Notes: generated by a model from the letters alone, not told the origin. Positions 36,995-50,854 are shown, counted from the stretch's first letter. The stretch is DNA of 64,000 nt from Octopus vulgaris (GCA_951406725.2 OX597821.1:72354001-72418000); one strand, 5' to 3'. Translations and numbers: made by a program.

Positions 36995-37550
36995 TAGTCA
37001 AGTAATAAAGTTTGTAAGAATACAATATACCAGAGAATACCCTCCATCAGGCATTTGCCATATTCTGAGCGCCTTACTTCCCTGGGCATGGACACATTGA
37101 AACTCAGACGTCTGGCAGCTGACTTGGCAGACACCCATAGAATTATTAACCATCTTACTAACAATAACTCTGAGCACCTTTTCAAACTCCACCTGTCTAA
37201 CACCCGTGGACATGTTTACAAAGTCAGAAAACAGCACAGCTCCTTTTATGACTTTCAAAAACATTTCTTTCACGCTAAGAGTTGCTGAAGCATGGAACAG
37301 ACTGCCAGCATCAGTTGTTAGTTGTCGGAGCACTGCATCCTTCAAAACTTCCATGCTTTCTGAGATTCGCCAACACTACACCTGATCTTCTCCCCTCCAT
37401 ACACACAAGCAAGCATGTATCTGACTCATACACTGTTCACTTCCCAGACTTTTGTACGTTACTGCATATGCCTTATACGCACTTTTGACAAGTTGTGGTG
37501 CACCTGAGCACTGTATACAATAATTTCATTATTATTATTATTATTATTAT
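36995..37550 (+). mobile_element. CR1-clade LINE 3' fragment
   Basis: LPYSERLTSLGMDTLKLRRLAADL...NTRGHVYKV...FFTLRVAEAWNRLP followed by an (ATT)n tail. Confidence 0.9.
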
Positions 37551-39326
37551 AATATATATTTTTAGAGTCTCTTATTTTGCCAGGATCTGCAGCTTGAAGA
37601 GTCAATAAGGTGCTGGTCCATTTGTTGGTTCTGTCTTATTGCAAACTCTTCACTGCATCCTTCATAAACATGTTTAAATCTTTATGGTTTTAAATAAGCC
37701 TCGTGAGAAGATCTACATAACAATTATTTGTTTAGCTCCAGATAAAGCCTGATGTTAAGCCACTCTGGAGTGTCTTCACTTCAATTACAGTCTGCAATCT
37801 TCAGTCCATTTGTTTTCAGGAATTCATCACCACCATCATCATCACCAACATCATCACCACCATCATCACCATCATCACCATCAGCAGCAGCAGCAGCAGT
37901 CCATTTTTTCCCTGTGTATCCATAGATTAGGCAGGTCTTCCTTAGCAGTTCTTCTCGCGTATTCCTTGTTCTTCCAATTCTTTCGGCTGGATTGCCTGCC
38001 ACTTGTCACCCTTCCTCTTATCCTTCATGTGCACCACATGTTCTATATTAGCTCAGTTTTTTTTTCCCATGGCCATTGAAGCTGTCTGCTATTTTTTTTT
38101 CCTTGACCTCATTGCATCATTCTCATACCCATCAGCATTAAACACCAAGTGCAGAATGTTTGCTGTATTTCTAGTCAGCCTCCATGCATCATCTTCATCA
38201 TCATCATTAAACATCTGTTTTCCATGCTGGCATGGGTCGGATGCTCCAACAGGACTAGTGATCCAGAGGACCGCACCAAACTCCATTCTCTTTTACACAT
38301 CATCATCATCATCGTTTAACGTCCACTTTCCATGCTAGCATGGGTTGGACGATTTTGACTGAGGGCTGGCAAACCAGACGGCCGCACCAGGCTCCAATCT
38401 GATTTGGCATGGTTTCTACAGCTGGATGCTCTTCCTAACGCCAACCACTCTGAGAGTGTAGTGGGTGCTTTTTACATGTCACCGACACGGGGGCCAGTCA
38501 GGCAGTACTGGCAATGACCTCGCTCGAATCTTTTTATACATGGCACAGATGCCAGTAAGGCGACGTTGCAGCATCTCATTTCCAACACAAGCCTCATACA
38601 AACTACCCTTCGCTCAAAGAGAATTCCTTTATAGTGAACCAATGCAAATAGTTCCTTGAACATTTCCCTCTCTGTATTTACTCTGGTTACTATGGTTACA
38701 CAGAACCTTGCACCATTGCTGTTTGGGTCACTGAGAAACTGTCAGTTACTCTTAAATAGCCACCTCAGGTTTTGGATACTCATATTCTTGACTATTGCTC
38801 TGTCTCTTCTCTATACGAACTCCCCTTTTCATCTGCCTGTGATGCTACTGTGTACACATTATGCATGTGTGTGTGTAGACAGTAGAGCTTGGTACAGTCT
38901 TCTGACTTGCCAGCTCTTGTCAACCCATCCAATTCATACCAGCATGGAAAACAGATGTTAACTGATCATGATCATGGTGTGTGTGTGTGTGTTCTGTTTA
39001 GTGGTTTCAGTTGTAATGTAAACTCTAGATGAAACCACACCTAAGGCTGTTTTCTGTCCTAGTTCAAGCTGTTTCACTTCATTTATGTTGTTAATGCCTT
39101 TGAGAGAAAAACTTTAATATTAGATAATTTCATATTTCTTTCTTGACAAGATTTTATGTAGTATGCTGTACATATTGTACAGCATACTAATTCTACTGTA
39201 TAGGGTGTTCCTAAATACGCTAAAGTCTATACTATAATTATAATATAGATTCAATAGTAATTGATTAAATTCTTCAGCAGTTTTAGCCTAAAAATTTTTG
39301 TTTTTTTTTCTTTTTTTTAATCTTAG

Positions 39327-39401
39327 GTGAGAGATATAGTTTAGAATCGAGACATACTTTGGCTGAGGATGCTTGGAAAGAACAGCTGGCTAAATTAAAA
39401 G
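39327..39401 (+). CDS. CPLANE1: CPLANE1-like coding exon 10
   Basis: Strong T-rich acceptor. (G)ERYSLESRHTLAEDAWKEQLAKLK. Phase 1 to 1. Confidence 0.75.
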
Positions 39402-39859
39402 GTAAGGCTTACAACATTTGGGGGATTTTATGTATCTGTGTCTGTGTGTGTGTCTTTTGTTTTTCTTTTGAAAATCAAATCATAAGATTAAATGATACAA
39501 AAGTCTGTAAAAGTCTTAGAAAAATGCAAATTCTGGTGTAAATATGAGCAATCGATGGTGGGGATTCCACATAATGAATGCCCTTTTAGTAATGTAGTAC
39601 AGCAAGTTGAAAAACTTGTGTGACTATCCTTGAAAATTGGAGACAAATGCTCACACGAGTATTTAAAATCTAAAAGTAAGGGAGCTAATTTCAGTAAGCT
39701 CAGCTAATTGAAATTTTTGAGAAATAAAAATAAGCAGCTTGGAGTGGATCTTTTTTTTTTAATCTTTAAATTTTTACGGACTTATTGGAGTTATGTACCT
39801 TGCTTGTTGTTTTCTGATTTCAAACATATATAGGAGGACATTTATCCACTAAATACATG

Positions 39860-41180
39860 CATATTCTCAGTTAAAGTTTTTTGCTTCATTGTACAGCTGT
39901 CCTCAACTATATGTCCAAACTGATACTGTCTGGTCACTTGTACTCTACATCTGATTTCCCTTCGTGCCCCATTTTCCTCTCAGTACCTTTTTGTGCCATG
40001 TCTGTCAAGCACACTTACATTACATGTCCAGTGCTAGCTTCATTTCTTTCCAGTCTTCTCAAGTCCTCTGCATTCAAGGTTCATGTCTCGCTACCATGCA
40101 GCATTGCAGTTCTAGCACAAGTTTCATATAATTTGCTCTTCACTCTGAGGGGTAAAAGCCCTTTATAGCCAGTGGTGGTAGTAGCTCCCTGAACTTTCTA
40201 CAGCCCATTCTTACTCTGGCTGCTTTACTTTCAGAACAACCACCTCCCCTGCTAATTTTCATTATCTTGGTAACAAAACTCTCAACTACTTCTAATGAGT
40301 CATCTGGACGTAGAGGAGATTCTATTTATGGTGTGTTCAAAGTATGAATTGCTCCATCGCACCTACCACATTTGAAGTTTGCATTCTCAGATAGACTGCT
40401 TGTGGTTTCACTACACCTTTTGTGTCCATTGCTTTCATTGGATGCAGTATATGGAATTTGTACATAATCCTTGCGGATATAGTGAAGAAGAAACAGTCGG
40501 CATCAATGGAAGATATGAGAGGGCCAAGCCCTGTCTTCTTATTAAAACCTCCGCTTTTGTTAAGTTTACCTTAAGACCTTTTGGTTCTAAGCTTAGCTTC
40601 CGCGTTCAGAATTTCTTCTTCTATAATTGCACTATAGATTCAGCAATGAGAATCAGATCATTAGCATTTTGGATGACCAGCAGAGGACTGAGAACTGAAC
40701 TTTGATGTGAACTCCTACCTTCACGCTTAATTTGTCTCTGAAATCATTGTTAACTCTCACTTCACTTCCTGCGTTTTTGTGCTCAGCTGGTGCATCAACC
40801 CCTAGTTTCTTAAGTGTCCACCAGATTATTGTATGTGGTTCTCTGTCAAATGCCTTCTGCAGGTCAATGAAGGCCAGGAATAGTGGTTTACGCTTAGCCA
40901 AGTATTTCTCCTGTATTTGCCTCACTAGGAAGATTGCATCCAAGGCACTTTTTCCAGACTGCATCTCATCGAGATGTACCGTCACGTATCAATTGTGCTA
41001 TGGCTCTCTCCATGATCTTCATAACCGGATTCTTTGATTCCTCTAAGGTTACCTGTCTTTACCTTTGTAGGTATCTCCTTTACCTTTGTAGCAATCAACA
41101 ATGATACTGCTATGCTAGTCATTGGGTATAACACTTTGATATATCTTAGTTAACTCTTTGACTGGTAATCATATATCCTG
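39860..41180 (-). mobile_element. Older RTE-clade LINE RT fragment
   Basis: DAIFLVRQIQEKYLAKRKPLFLAFIDLQKAFDR on the minus strand, with many indels. Confidence 0.88.
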
Positions 41181-41613
41181 CCACATTGCACCCACACTAT
41201 AGGCTCCTTTCAGTTTCCATCTGCCAGATCCAGCCACAAGACTTTGGTTAACCCAGGACTACAGAGTGTGTGTGTGTGTGTGTGCATAAATAAATAAATA
41301 AATATACATACATACATACATACATACGTACATACGTACATACATACATACATACATACATACATACATACATGGTGCCATGCAATGGAACTGAAGCTGA
41401 AACTACATTATTGGGAATCAAACTTCTCAGCCATGCAGCCATCTTTTTACACACACACCTCTATATCCGTACATATATATATGTATGTATGTATACGCAC
41501 ACACTCTTATGTCTCTGTATTTGTACACACACACACACCCACACGTTTTTATACAAACACATTTCGGTCTTTGGCACCACGGTTCTATCATACCTCCTTT
41601 GCTCTTCTTTCAG

Positions 41614-41831
41614 ATGCAACTTATTTCTCGAATACCACTTCTTCCTGTATTCTTCATGCCCTCCTCTACACTTATTTACTGAGAGGTCAGTTAGCAAAAG
41701 CCATGGAAATGGTGGAGACTCTAGTTCTGAAAGATGACATCAAGGCCATCTCAAAAGATCAAATCGGGAATTCACAGGATCTGAATCCACCATCGTTTCT
41801 TACCATCATGAACACTTCCATATCAGCTCAG
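41614..41831 (+). CDS. CPLANE1: CPLANE1-like coding exon 11
   Basis: (D)ATYFSNTTSSCILHALLYTYLLRGQLAKAMEMVE...SISAQ. Phase 1 to 0. Confidence 0.8.
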
Positions 41832-42789
41832 GTACAATTATTGAAAACTTCTTCAGACCAGCTTTATTGTTTATTCTTTATTTTTCTAAAAATTCTTACA
41901 AATATTTAGATTCATGCCTTGATATTTTGAATTTGAATTTCTTCTGGTGATATTTTCTTCAGCTTTTATCTTGCTGGGTAATAATAAAATATGGACTTGT
42001 CCTGTCAGTACTAAGATTAATTCTTGACTGTATACTCTTCCCCTACAAATGGGTGGCCTTGAGCTGATGAAAGAAGCTGTTCTTTTGAGTGGTAGAATCC
42101 ATCCGATGTCAGATTAAATGCTCAGCAGGACAAATGCAACAATGACCTTCTGGATTCTGACAGTCGGGAACTCTTACAATTCCCACCAATCTACAAGCAA
42201 GAACCTCAAATTCCAGTGGCCACCAGACTAGTTCACTAGGAAGCCCAGTTTCACAGCATCTTGCATTAGTAAACTTGTATTAATTGCGCTAATGTAGAAG
42301 AAGAACCTGTATTTCATTGAATTATCTAAGTAAATTTAATATTTGTTTCATTTAGAAGTGACCACTCATGGCATGGAAAAATTAGTTATCCAGAATAGCT
42401 TTAGAACCATAGGTTCAGGAAAATTAATGTTGTAACTGTATTTAAACTTGTATCATTGCATTATGAGTTTAAATTGGCTTTTATAAAGTTGCAAAATAAA
42501 TATCAGTTAAGTTTTTCATGGCTGTATAAAACCCTTCCCGCAATAAAATTTGTTTCTTTATTGTTGGTAATCTTTGGTTCTTTACGTTCTGCTAAAGTCA
42601 GCTTCACCTTTCATCCTTCCAGCTCAATAAAATAAAATACCTGTGAATTACTGGGGTCAATTTAATCCACTAAATCCCTCCTCCAAAAGATCAACTTTGT
42701 TTTTCAGTCAAGTATGAGTTGATAAAATAAAAATACTGGGGTCAAGTTGTTCAGTTGACCTCGCCTCCAAATTTGTGGCCTTGGAATGT

Positions 42790-43260
42790 CATCAGGTGCA
42801 CACTGCCCTCTCTCAGTTGGGCAGTGCAGTCGGTAGAAGTTCTACATTAATGATATATAGAAATCTAGTGGTGGATAAGAGTGAGATTTTTTTTGAGAAA
42901 CTTTAGACATTAATGAGTTGATCTGTTTTAAAGAACTTTCAATTCTGGTGCTCCCGTGAACAACTTCCAGAAATCCCTGGTCTGGCAGTGCTAGCAAGGA
43001 GCATTGCCACTTCAAGATCAGCTCTGCAAGTGTGGAATCACTGTCAGTTCAAGATAAGTTGTACAGGTATAGAATCACTGCCAAAACAGGACTGTCTAAG
43101 TTGTGCACAAAGCAGTGAAACCATTCTGCATGCATTTGTCCAGTGTCCAAGCATTGCCAATTTATGGAGTTATGTCAAATAGCTGTTATCACATGTGAGA
43201 TGAATGCAACTATTGATTGAATTCATCCTGGGGATTGTCCCACTGTCCACCTTTAATGAG
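42790..43260 (+). mobile_element. L1/Tx1-clade LINE ORF2 C-terminal (zf-RVT) relic
   Basis: NFQKSLVWQC*QGALP and DCLSCAQSSETILHAFVQCPSIANLW match the CxxC...ETxxHxFxxC...W pattern. Confidence 0.75.
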
Positions 43261-43953
43261 CTGGTAGACTCGTTAACATAAAGACGGACAAAATGACGCT
43301 AGGCATTTTGTCCGTCTTTATGTTCTGAGTGTAAACTGAGGTCAACTTTGTCTTTCATGCTTTCAGGGTCAAAGTACCAGCTGTGCACTGGGGTCAATGT
43401 GATCAAAGGTGGTGAGCTGGCAGAATCATTAGCACGCCAGACGAAATGCTTAGCCGTATTTTGTCTGTCTTTATGTTCTGAGTTCAAATTCTGCTGAGGT
43501 CAACTTTGTCCTTCATCCTTTCGGGGTTGATAAATTAAGTACCAGTTGTGTACTAAGGTCAATCTAAATGACTAGCACCCTCTCCAAAAATGTTGGGACT
43601 TGTGGCTTGGGTAGAAAAGAATGTGATCATCTAGCCTCTCCTGCCAAAAAATTTCAGGCCTTGTGCTTATAATAAAAAATATTATTGTTACTGTTCTTAT
43701 TATTAACAAAGGAATTATAATGTTAAGGATTTGAATTTGGAATGCAAAAGGATTTAAGTAAATACCAAAAGGTATTTAGTTCCATTCTCCCTTTCTGCCA
43801 CTCAAGGAATTGACCTTTCGTAGTCTTCCTAGTTTCTTGTCCCTTGATTTAACTGCACTGTCCCCTTAATAAAGAGGCCTTGCCTTACTTATTTTGCTAA
43901 TTGTTTTTTTGTTTCACTCCTTCAAATATCTCTTTCTCTTTCTCGCTCTTCAG

Positions 43954-44113
43954 CAAAAAGTGCCTTGCATCAAGAATCCAGCAATCCGACAAGTAGTGCA
44001 GACTCTTGCACGTTACATGGCCATGTATTTTTGCAACATGCAGCTGTTTATTTTCCCTCCAAATTCGCCATCACCACTTCCTCATTTATGTCATGCCTCT
44101 CCACATACCTTGA
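43954..44113 (+). CDS. CPLANE1: CPLANE1-like coding exon 12
   Basis: VVQTLARYMAMYFCNMQLFIFPP (compare VVQSMARFMAAYFTNQQLCILPP). Phase 0 to 1. Confidence 0.92.
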
Positions 44114-45151
44114 GTAAGGAATTAATCTATTTGCAGTTTCTTATACCTTCATCTACCATTTCATACATACACACACATATATATATTTATTAACATACAC
44201 ACTTGTGTGTGTATACATATGTGTGTGTGTGTGTTAATTTAGTAAAACAATATATATTTGTGTAACCAGTCCACTAGTGCATGCCTTTCCTTCATTGGAC
44301 ACTAAACTCTGCTTGCGAAGACCAGTTGAGGCAAGTGAAATCGAAATCCAACTTGGTGACAGGCATCCGTGCTAGTGGAGCGCTAAGAGTACCATACGAG
44401 TGAGATCGTTGCCAGAGCAACAAGCTGGCCTTCGTGCCGATGGCACGTTAAAAACACCATTCGAGGTAGATCGTTACCTGTGTCACCAGGCCAGCACTTG
44501 TGCTGGTGGCACATGAAAAAAGCATTCGAGTGAGATCGTTGCCCGTGCCGCTGGACTGGCTCCTGCGCAGGTGGCACATAAAAAGCACCATTTGAACGTG
44601 GCTGTTGCCAGAACCACCTAACTGGCCCTCGTGCCAGTGGCACGTAAAAACACCCACTACACTCTCGGAGTGGTTGGCGCTAGGAAGAGCTGTAGAAAGT
44701 CTGCCAGATCAGATTGGAGTCTGGTTCGCCAGACCTCAGTCAAATCGTCCAACCCATGCTAGCATGGAAAGCAGACGTTAAACAATGATGATGATGATGA
44801 TATCCAACCATCCAACCCGTACATAATTTGTGGTATAATCCAAGTTTTAGTTTAAAAACAGATATTACTAAATATTTCCTAAATTTCATTTTTCATTTCC
44901 TGATGAAGCATAGAGATCATATGATCTTTAACCAAAACTCACTTAAAGTTAGCTAGTCTTGCTGTAAAAATTTTTCTAGTTCAGTTAATCATTTCAAAGA
45001 CTTTCAAATATCAACAATATAATCTACAAAGATGTATTATTTAGTCTTCTTTAGAAATATAATTATGAAATTTGAAATTCTTATTGTACTTTTTTTTTCA
45101 TTTGTATATTTTAATTGTTGCTTTTCTATGATATTTCTGTGTGAATTTTAG

Positions 45152-45377
45152 AAGAACGAATTATACCAAAGTTCCAGCAAGATGTGACTTCAGTCATCAG
45201 CTCAAGTGGTCTGGAAGATATATGGACAGTCAGTCGATGCCTGGAATATCTTCTACTCAGTGGCCTTGTCCCAGAAGCTGCTTGGTTTTCCAACAAAGTT
45301 GGTGACTGGAAAGCTGCTCTTACAATCTCCGCTGCACTCATGAAACACAGGACAATCTTTCCTCTGCTCTATGAAAG
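45152..45377 (+). CDS. CPLANE1: CPLANE1-like coding exon 13 (probable GC donor)
   Basis: WTVSRCLEYLLLSGLVPEAAWFSNKVGDWKAA. 3' boundary inferred as AG|GCTGGT from the phase needed by exon 14. Confidence 0.82.
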
Positions 45378-46224
45378 GCTGGTTATATTTACACATTTAC
45401 AGATAATTGTGGTGGTTGTGGTTGTGGTGGTGGTGGTGGTGGTGGTGACAGTATGCTTAATATGGTCTTTTTCTTTCCATGTTGTTTTCACATTGGTTTC
45501 TTTGAAAATTGATGCCTTTGTTTGACTCTTCAGAACTTTGAGACATGTAGTTTTGTTGCTCTTAGCTTTGGTAAACCTTTCACTCCTGTCTGACACAAGA
45601 ACCACCTAGTTACGGTCTTGTCTATCAACTCCACCTATTTTCAGAATTCCTCATTGCAATAAATACCAACAGAACTGGCACTCGAACCCCGTGCTAGTAG
45701 GGTATTAAGAGCACCATCCAAGCGTGATCATTGCCAGAGCAGGTATCTGGCCTCCGTGCCGGTGGCACGTAAAAGACACCATTCGAGTGTAATCGTTACC
45801 AGTATCGCCTTACTGACACCTGTGCCGGTGACATGTGTAAAGGATTCGAGCGAGGTCATTGCCAGTACCGCCTGACTGGCCCTGTGCCAGTGGCACGTAA
45901 AAGCACACACTACACTCTCAGAGTGGTTGGCGTTAGGAAGGCATCCAGCTGTAAAAACTCTGCCAGATCAAGATTGGAGCCTGGTGCAGCCATCTGGTTC
46001 GCCAGCCCACAGTCAATCGTCCAACCCATGCTAGCATGGAAAGCGGACGTTAAACGCTGATGATGATGATAACTCTTTGACCCAAACTCTGTCAATGCTG
46101 GTTATTTCCTCCTTCCCTTCTTGCTGTCAGAACCAAAAAGTGAATATAATAGTTTGGTTTCTTTCCTAAACATTGAAATAATTTCTATGTACCGTTTCTT
46201 TATTATAATTTTCTCTTTTTTTAG

Positions 46225-46346
46225 AGATTCTTTGGAACTCAGCCTTCCAGAAGATCTTCATCCATCTGAAATCTTGAAGAGGAAACTGTCTGTTTTGTTA
46301 CCTACACATCCAAATACAATGTCTTCCACTTGTAACGAATATAAAG
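46225..46346 (+). CDS. CPLANE1: CPLANE1-like coding exon 14
   Basis: DSLELSLPEDLHPSEILKRKLSVLL... Phase 2 to 1. Confidence 0.82.
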
Positions 46347-47276
46347 GTAATCATACACAGATTCATCTGTGTTACACTGTGGCTTGCCCTGTTGTTGTTG
46401 TTGTTATTGTTATGACGTTACAATGATTTAAAATGTGATCTGATGACCACTAGGGTAGTGGTCACATTTTAAAAAGTAGCTTTAGTTGATTGAAATAGGT
46501 TTAGTTGAAAAAGTAGGTGAGATTGACCTATGGATGTTGAGTCTCATGAAGGAGATGCCAAAGGGTTAAGATGATTGGTAATTTGCTTTGTTTGAGAAGA
46601 CCCATCCATATCAGGACAATTGAAGGTCCTAAAAGCATATCATTTATGTCTGTTTCTCTACACCGAGTTTGTTCATGGCATGTCTCTTCCCCACACCCAT
46701 CCCCCTCCATCACTTTTCTGACCACAGCATTAGTCACTGAATCCCTCCATTATACCTTAACCTCTCAACCAGCACAAAGCCACCTCTTTCGGTTCTACTC
46801 CCTCTCTCAGCCAGGGGGGGTCTTTGTCTTGCGAGTTAATTGATGACCCCACTGGTGTTGGTGCCATGTAAAAAAAGCACCTGGTACAGTCTGTAAAGCA
46901 GCTGGCATTAGGAAGGGCATCCAGCCATAGAAACCATGCCAAAACGCACAACTGGAAACTGGTGCAGCTCCTATCAAACTGTCCAATCCATGCCAGCATG
47001 GAAGACAGGCATTAAATGATGACGATGCTGATGATGGCCGTTTTACATGTTGTTATGGTAGTTGTAGTAAGCTCTGTACTCACAATGATATTATCAGTGT
47101 TCCAATATTTTGACCGTTCAGCCATTGGCTCTCATATGTGAGTGGCAGGAGGTGACTGTCCACTTGTTTCCTTATTTTATTGAATTTATTGTGATGTTTC
47201 TATGTCATCCTTAACTGGAATGCATTTATGTGTATCATATTTAATGCCTCCATATCATTGTCTGTCTCTTTGAAAG

Positions 47277-47497
47277 ATGTATTTGACGTGAAGGATGACC
47301 ATCATCAAATTCAGCTGACCGCAGCCATTGATAGTATATTGACCACCGGGATAGTCTGTGGTGTTGACTTGGTCACTTGGCTTTTCCCTGTTCTAGTTGA
47401 ATCTCTTCAAAATATGGTGAGCAATTTCTCTGCCAGTGTTCCAAGTGATTTCCATCTACCAGCACCTCCATTTTATTTATGGCAGCCTTCTGATTTG
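47277..47497 (+). CDS. CPLANE1: CPLANE1-like coding exon 15
   Basis: ...VPSDFHLPAPPFYLWQP (compare LYLPAPPLYCPQP). Phase 1 to 0. Confidence 0.9.
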
Positions 47498-48465
47498 GTA
47501 AGTAATTTTTAGTTACTCAAATTTTATTTATTATTCTTTTCGTCATCATCATCGTCGTTTAATGTCCGCTTTCCATGCTGGCATGGGTTGGACAGTTTGA
47601 CTGAGGATTGACAAGCCAGAAGGCTGCACCAGGCTCCAGTCTTGATCTGGCAGAGTTTCTACAGCTGGATGCTCTTCCTAATGCCAACTACTCCGAGAGT
47701 GTAGTGGGTGCTTTTACGTGTCTGTCGCAATAAAATATTTGATCCTTATTATATTATACAGCCATAGAAAACGATGCCAAATCAGACTGGATCCTGGCGC
47801 AGCCTTCCAGCATGCCAGCCCAGTCAAACTGTCCAATCCATGCCAGTATGGACAATGGACGTTAAATGATGATGGTGACATACATTAAAGAAATTGATTA
47901 TGTGAAAGGATATTATTTTGGTTTTACAAAAGATCTTTTTGTTCACTAATGATATACTTATTGGTGCCATGATAAAATGCATTCAGTACATCATCATTTA
48001 ATGTCTGTCTTCCGTTCTAGCATGGACGGACAGAATCTGAAGGGCCAGAGAACTGCATCAAGCTTCAGTACCAGCTTTGGCATGGTTTCCATGGCTGGAT
48101 ACTCTTCCTGAAGCCAACCACTTTATAGAATCTAGGGGGTGCTTTTTTTTTCATTCAAGCGAGGTCGTTGCCAGTGCTGCTGGACTGACTTCTGTGCAGG
48201 TGGCACGTAAAAAACACCATTTTCGAGCGTGGCCGTTGCCAGTACCGCCAAACTGGCCCTCGTGCTGGTGGCACATAATAGCACCCACTACACTCTCGGA
48301 GTGGTTGGCGTTAGGAAGCTGTAGAAACTCTGCCAGATAAAGATTGGAGCCTGGTGCAGCCATCTGGTTCGCCAATCCTCAGTCAAATCGTCCAACCCAT
48401 GCTGGCATGGAAAATGGACGTCAAACGATGATGATGATGACTGGCACTAGGGAAGTTCCTGTGTG

Positions 48466-48714
48466 ACTTTACAGCATACACTGGGTTAACTTTGCTGAGA
48501 TACTAACTCTAAAGAAGTCAAGTCCTCAGCAAAACAACACCAAAGGGGCCTTTCATTGCTACATTGCTGCCACTTATTTGCCAACCATTTTGCAGAATGC
48601 TGTGACCAATGTAAAACAAAAGAACAATAAACATAATACATTTATAGAAAATATTATTACAAGTATAATACAATACATTAAACAATTATTATTTTATCAT
48701 CGTTATTCAATTAA

Positions 48715-48746
<32 letters not shown>

Positions 48747-49200
48747 ATGCAAATGGAAAATTTTAAATATTCCCATTTTATAAAATAGACGATTAAAATG
48801 ATGAAGAGGCAAAAAAAAAAAGAAGAGAATACTTTATAAGAATTCTAAATCCGAAATTAAAGCAAAAATAGCCAACATTCCATATAATAAACAGTGATAA
48901 AAGAATATTTATGAGTAACTATGAAAGACAAAGGAAGAATAATTCATGAAAACCCTAAGTCCGAATATAAACTGGAAATAATTCATACTACCATTACTAC
49001 AAAAATAATAACTTCCTTTTTATACATGTATTATGCTTATTCTTTTATGTTTTAAATTGGTCACAGCATTCTGCAAAATGGTTAGCAAATAAGTGGCAGC
49101 AATGTAGCAATGAAAGGCCTCTTTGGTGTTGTTTTGCTGAGGACTTGGCCTCTTTAGAGTTAGTATCTCAGCAAAGTTAACCCAGTGTATGCTGTAAAGT
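48466..49200. mobile_element. 735-bp element with ~185-bp TIRs and AT-rich core (MITE/foldback)
   Basis: 48466-48650 is the reverse complement of 49017-49200 (ACTTTACAGCATACACTGGGTTAACTTTGCTGAGATAC...). Confidence 0.8.
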
Positions 49201-49954
49201 TGTTGGTGTTAGGGTTAGGGTATCCATCCATCTGTACAAGAATAGCTGCAGGGGCACAAAGCAAATGCAAACTGTGCAAGGCCAGTTCCTAGTCTTCGGT
49301 CCCTGCAGACTACCAATGCCTGACCCATGGCAGAGGCTTTTGAGCGTGCACTGGACTGACCAGCCATGCCCTGTCCTCTTCTGCCAGGTCACGTCTTTGG
49401 TCATCATTGACAGTGATAGTGAACTAACACTAATCCTAATCCATCTGTAGAAACCAAGCTAAAACTAGAAAACCTGAAAGAGAGAGGGAATAGCTCTGAT
49501 TAAGGACTGGTGTGGACTGTGATGACCTGTTCCATTCATACAAAACAAACCTAAAAGGATGAGGATGAGTTCAAATGAGAGCCATGATCATAACCAAGCA
49601 GTTACATCATAAAGGATTTATTGGAAACATTCCGTGTTAAAAAAAACATGAATTTATTATTGTTGATATCCTCATTATTTTAATGTTCGTACTTGACACT
49701 GATCCGGAATTGAATAAATTAATGTCAAGAAGAAATTATTTCTTTTGGTTTTTTTCTGTCAATTTTTCGGTCAGATACAACATCTTGAGAGTTGGAATTA
49801 TGTTAAAGAATTTCATTCTTTCCTCACATTCCATCAAAAATAGTTAAGCTTTTTTACCATATTTGGCATGATTTTATAAACGTACACATTTACCGTTTCT
49901 TCTTTCATTGTGGCATTTTTTGTATTGTTTTTTGTGTTTTCATTTATTTCCTAG

Positions 49955-50134
49955 AATGATTCAGCAATAAAGTCTGCTGCTTTAATCCAAGAGAAGGAAC
50001 TGAGACACAAGACTTCAGTTTTGATACGTCTTATATTGATTGTTCTTCAAGGAGCCAAATTGTCTCTGCCATTGGCACAATGGTATATTCAGCAACTGAT
50101 GACAGTCTCCAAGAGATCTGCAAATAAATTTGGA
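49955..50134 (+). CDS. CPLANE1: CPLANE1-like coding exon 16
   Basis: NDSAIKSAALIQEKELRHKTSVLIRLILIVLQGAKLSLPLAQWYIQQL... Phase 0 to 0. Confidence 0.87.
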
Positions 50135-50661
50135 GTAAGTTTAGTTACCTGTCATTTAACCCTATAAATTATTTTTATGTTTCTTAATTACTTTGACATG
50201 AGAACGCTTCAGGTAATGACACTGAAAATTGTACCAATTTCGATGAAAATTTTGGAAAAATTTTTGGGAAAATTTTCGGGAAAATTATCGGCGAAAATTT
50301 TCTAAACATTTTTGTTTAAAATTTTCGAAAAATTTTTGTGGAAAATTTTCGGTGAAATTTTGGGGAAAAGTTTTGGGGAAAATTTTCGGCGAAAATTTTC
50401 CAAAAATTTTTGGGGAAAGTTTTCCATGAAAATTTTCTAAAAGTTTTTGGTGAAAATATTTGGTGAAAATTTTCGAAAAATTTTTGGGAAAAATTTTTCG
50501 AAAATTTTACCCAAAAAATCTTTCGAAAGTTTTCACCGAAAATTTTCCCCAAAAATTTTTCGAAAATTTTCCCAAAATTTTTCGAAAATTTTCACCGAAA
50601 ATTTTACTTTAAAAAGTTTCCGAAAATTTTACCCAAAAATTTGTCGAAAATTTTACCGAAA

Positions 50662-50854
50662 TAAAAATAGATGTTATGGCTAAAAATAGATTTTTATGTA
50701 GCTCTTGCTGCTGCTTTCTGTGTATAGAGTGAATTCTGGTTTAATATTACAGTCAAGATGCCTCACCATCCCCGATACACCAGATTCTGCTTTACACTTA
50801 ACAACTATGACGATATAGACTTCAGCATATGGAGCATATTCGTTATATGGGTTT
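50662..50854 (+). other. Endogenous CRESS-DNA-virus-like ori plus truncated rep, copy 1
   Basis: TAATATTAC at 50742-50750. ATG at 50758. MPHHPRYTRFCFTLNNYDD contains RCR motif I. Confidence 0.75.

Noticed and set aside
37810-38079. Poly-His/Gln ORF
   Set aside because: A (CAT/CAC/CAG)n microsatellite in an intron, with no usable splice context.
49136-49175. CTGAGGA inside a TTTGCTGAG/CTCAGCAAA hairpin as a hammerhead
   Set aside because: No GAAA half-core, and the motif is itself base-paired.
49209-49220. Telomeric TTAGGG repeat
   Set aside because: Only two units, which is expected by chance.
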